Positions 63,212-64,000 of a stretch of DNA of 64,000 nucleotides are shown here, piece after piece. The translations under genes and the position numbers were made by a program. Source of the DNA: Podarcis filfolensis (lineage: Eukaryota). Each line of letters begins with the position of its first letter. The first letter of the stretch is position 1. The notes beneath the pieces were generated by a model. That model was not told where the DNA came from, ran no database searches, and saw only the letters and a program-made list of their open reading frames with translations. Location: assembly GCA_964270895.1 (NCBI GenBank), contig OZ185435.1. The stretch is one strand, 5' to 3'.

Positions 63212-64000
63212 TCTGTATTTATATCTTTCATGCTTCTCTCTGAAATCCAGTATTAGTTTACATTAGAAGAATACAAAAGCTTTCCTTTAGTTCTATATAA
63301 ATTTTCACAGTCCTGCAACCTGACCATAGATGTGAGCTGTTATTACACTCAAAAGAAATTAAAAGAAAAAGTAGTGACTGGGCCAGCAAACACTTGCTGT
63401 CTTAAAGTCGCACTTGAAAAAATACACCTAAGCAGTAGGAAACCCATTATGAACCTCATAATGGAATGATTATACCAAATGAATGACAAAGAAAGATAAG
63501 CACGGAAACGGACTTTCATTAATCTTTCACCCCTTAGCAGCCATCCTCTCAAACCGAACATGTTAATCTTAGAACATTTTGCCCCACCAGACACTGCAGA
63601 AAAGTAGGAAGGTGCTACTCTTTTGAATTCCTGGGTGTGCTTTGAATAGTACAGAATGTTGGATCACTGCAAGGGACCAGGAATTTCAGTGAGCAAGTTA
63701 GTGTTTGTGGCCCAGGATTTTATTTGCATAGCTGTCTCTTTCTCAACATGCGTATCAGACTTGGAATATAGCATCTGTAAGCTCTAAAGTTTAATTACAA
63801 TTCGTTCTCATCAAATGTAGATTTCAGAGATTTTGCTATAAAACTGTTTATGGTAGAATCGAATGGATTTTATGTATTTGGTATTCTGAAATGCTGAGCA
63901 AATCTTTAAACAAGCTTTATTGTAACTTCTAGCTATTGAAATAGTAGGCATTTTTCACACTTTGCATTCATTGCTCCCACAAATTGAACTGAATAAAAAT

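Noticed and set aside
63655-63700. Possible upstream THSD7B exon (CTG GTC CCT = LVP on the minus strand)
   Set aside because: The neighbouring codons do not fit the expected WxPxKWSxCxLVP...CGxGLQTR sequence, so this is a chance three-residue match.
1-64000. CRISPR arrays, prokaryotic operons, viral or retroviral ORFs
   Set aside because: The DNA is vertebrate intron. I saw no repeat-spacer arrays, long ORFs or clear LTR pairs.

Overview
This is vertebrate genomic DNA, almost certainly from a lacertid lizard (Podarcis/Lacerta type), judged from its Sauria/Squam SINE and MITE content. The window lies inside one large gene on the minus strand, THSD7B (thrombospondin type-1 domain-containing 7B). 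Three internal coding exons with canonical AG/GT boundaries splice in frame: 61067-60873 (195 nt), 53823-53560 (264 nt) and 41876-41698 (179 nt). I found no further exons, so 1-41697 is probably part of one very large intron, although a short exon could have been missed by eye. The rest is repeat-rich intron: hAT MITEs with intact 8-bp target-site duplications (TSDs), Tigger/pogo-like MITEs with TA TSDs, Sauria SINEs, Squam2/Squam3-like SINEs, a tRNA-Lys-headed SINE with a CR1-like tail, RTE/L2/CR1 LINE 3' fragments, fold-back elements and microsatellites. Nearly all other ORFs in the six-frame track look like chance or repeat-derived ORFs. I do not see convincing evidence of a new biological system. 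The leads most worth testing are (i) oppositely oriented Sauria SINEs bracketing two THSD7B exons, (ii) a nested MITE-in-MITE carrying promoter-type motifs and TTAGGG-containing repeats, (iii) a recurrent fold-back element family, and (iv) an in-frame exon with an unusual 3' splice site. Repeat family names come from my recognition of consensus sequences and were not checked by any database search.
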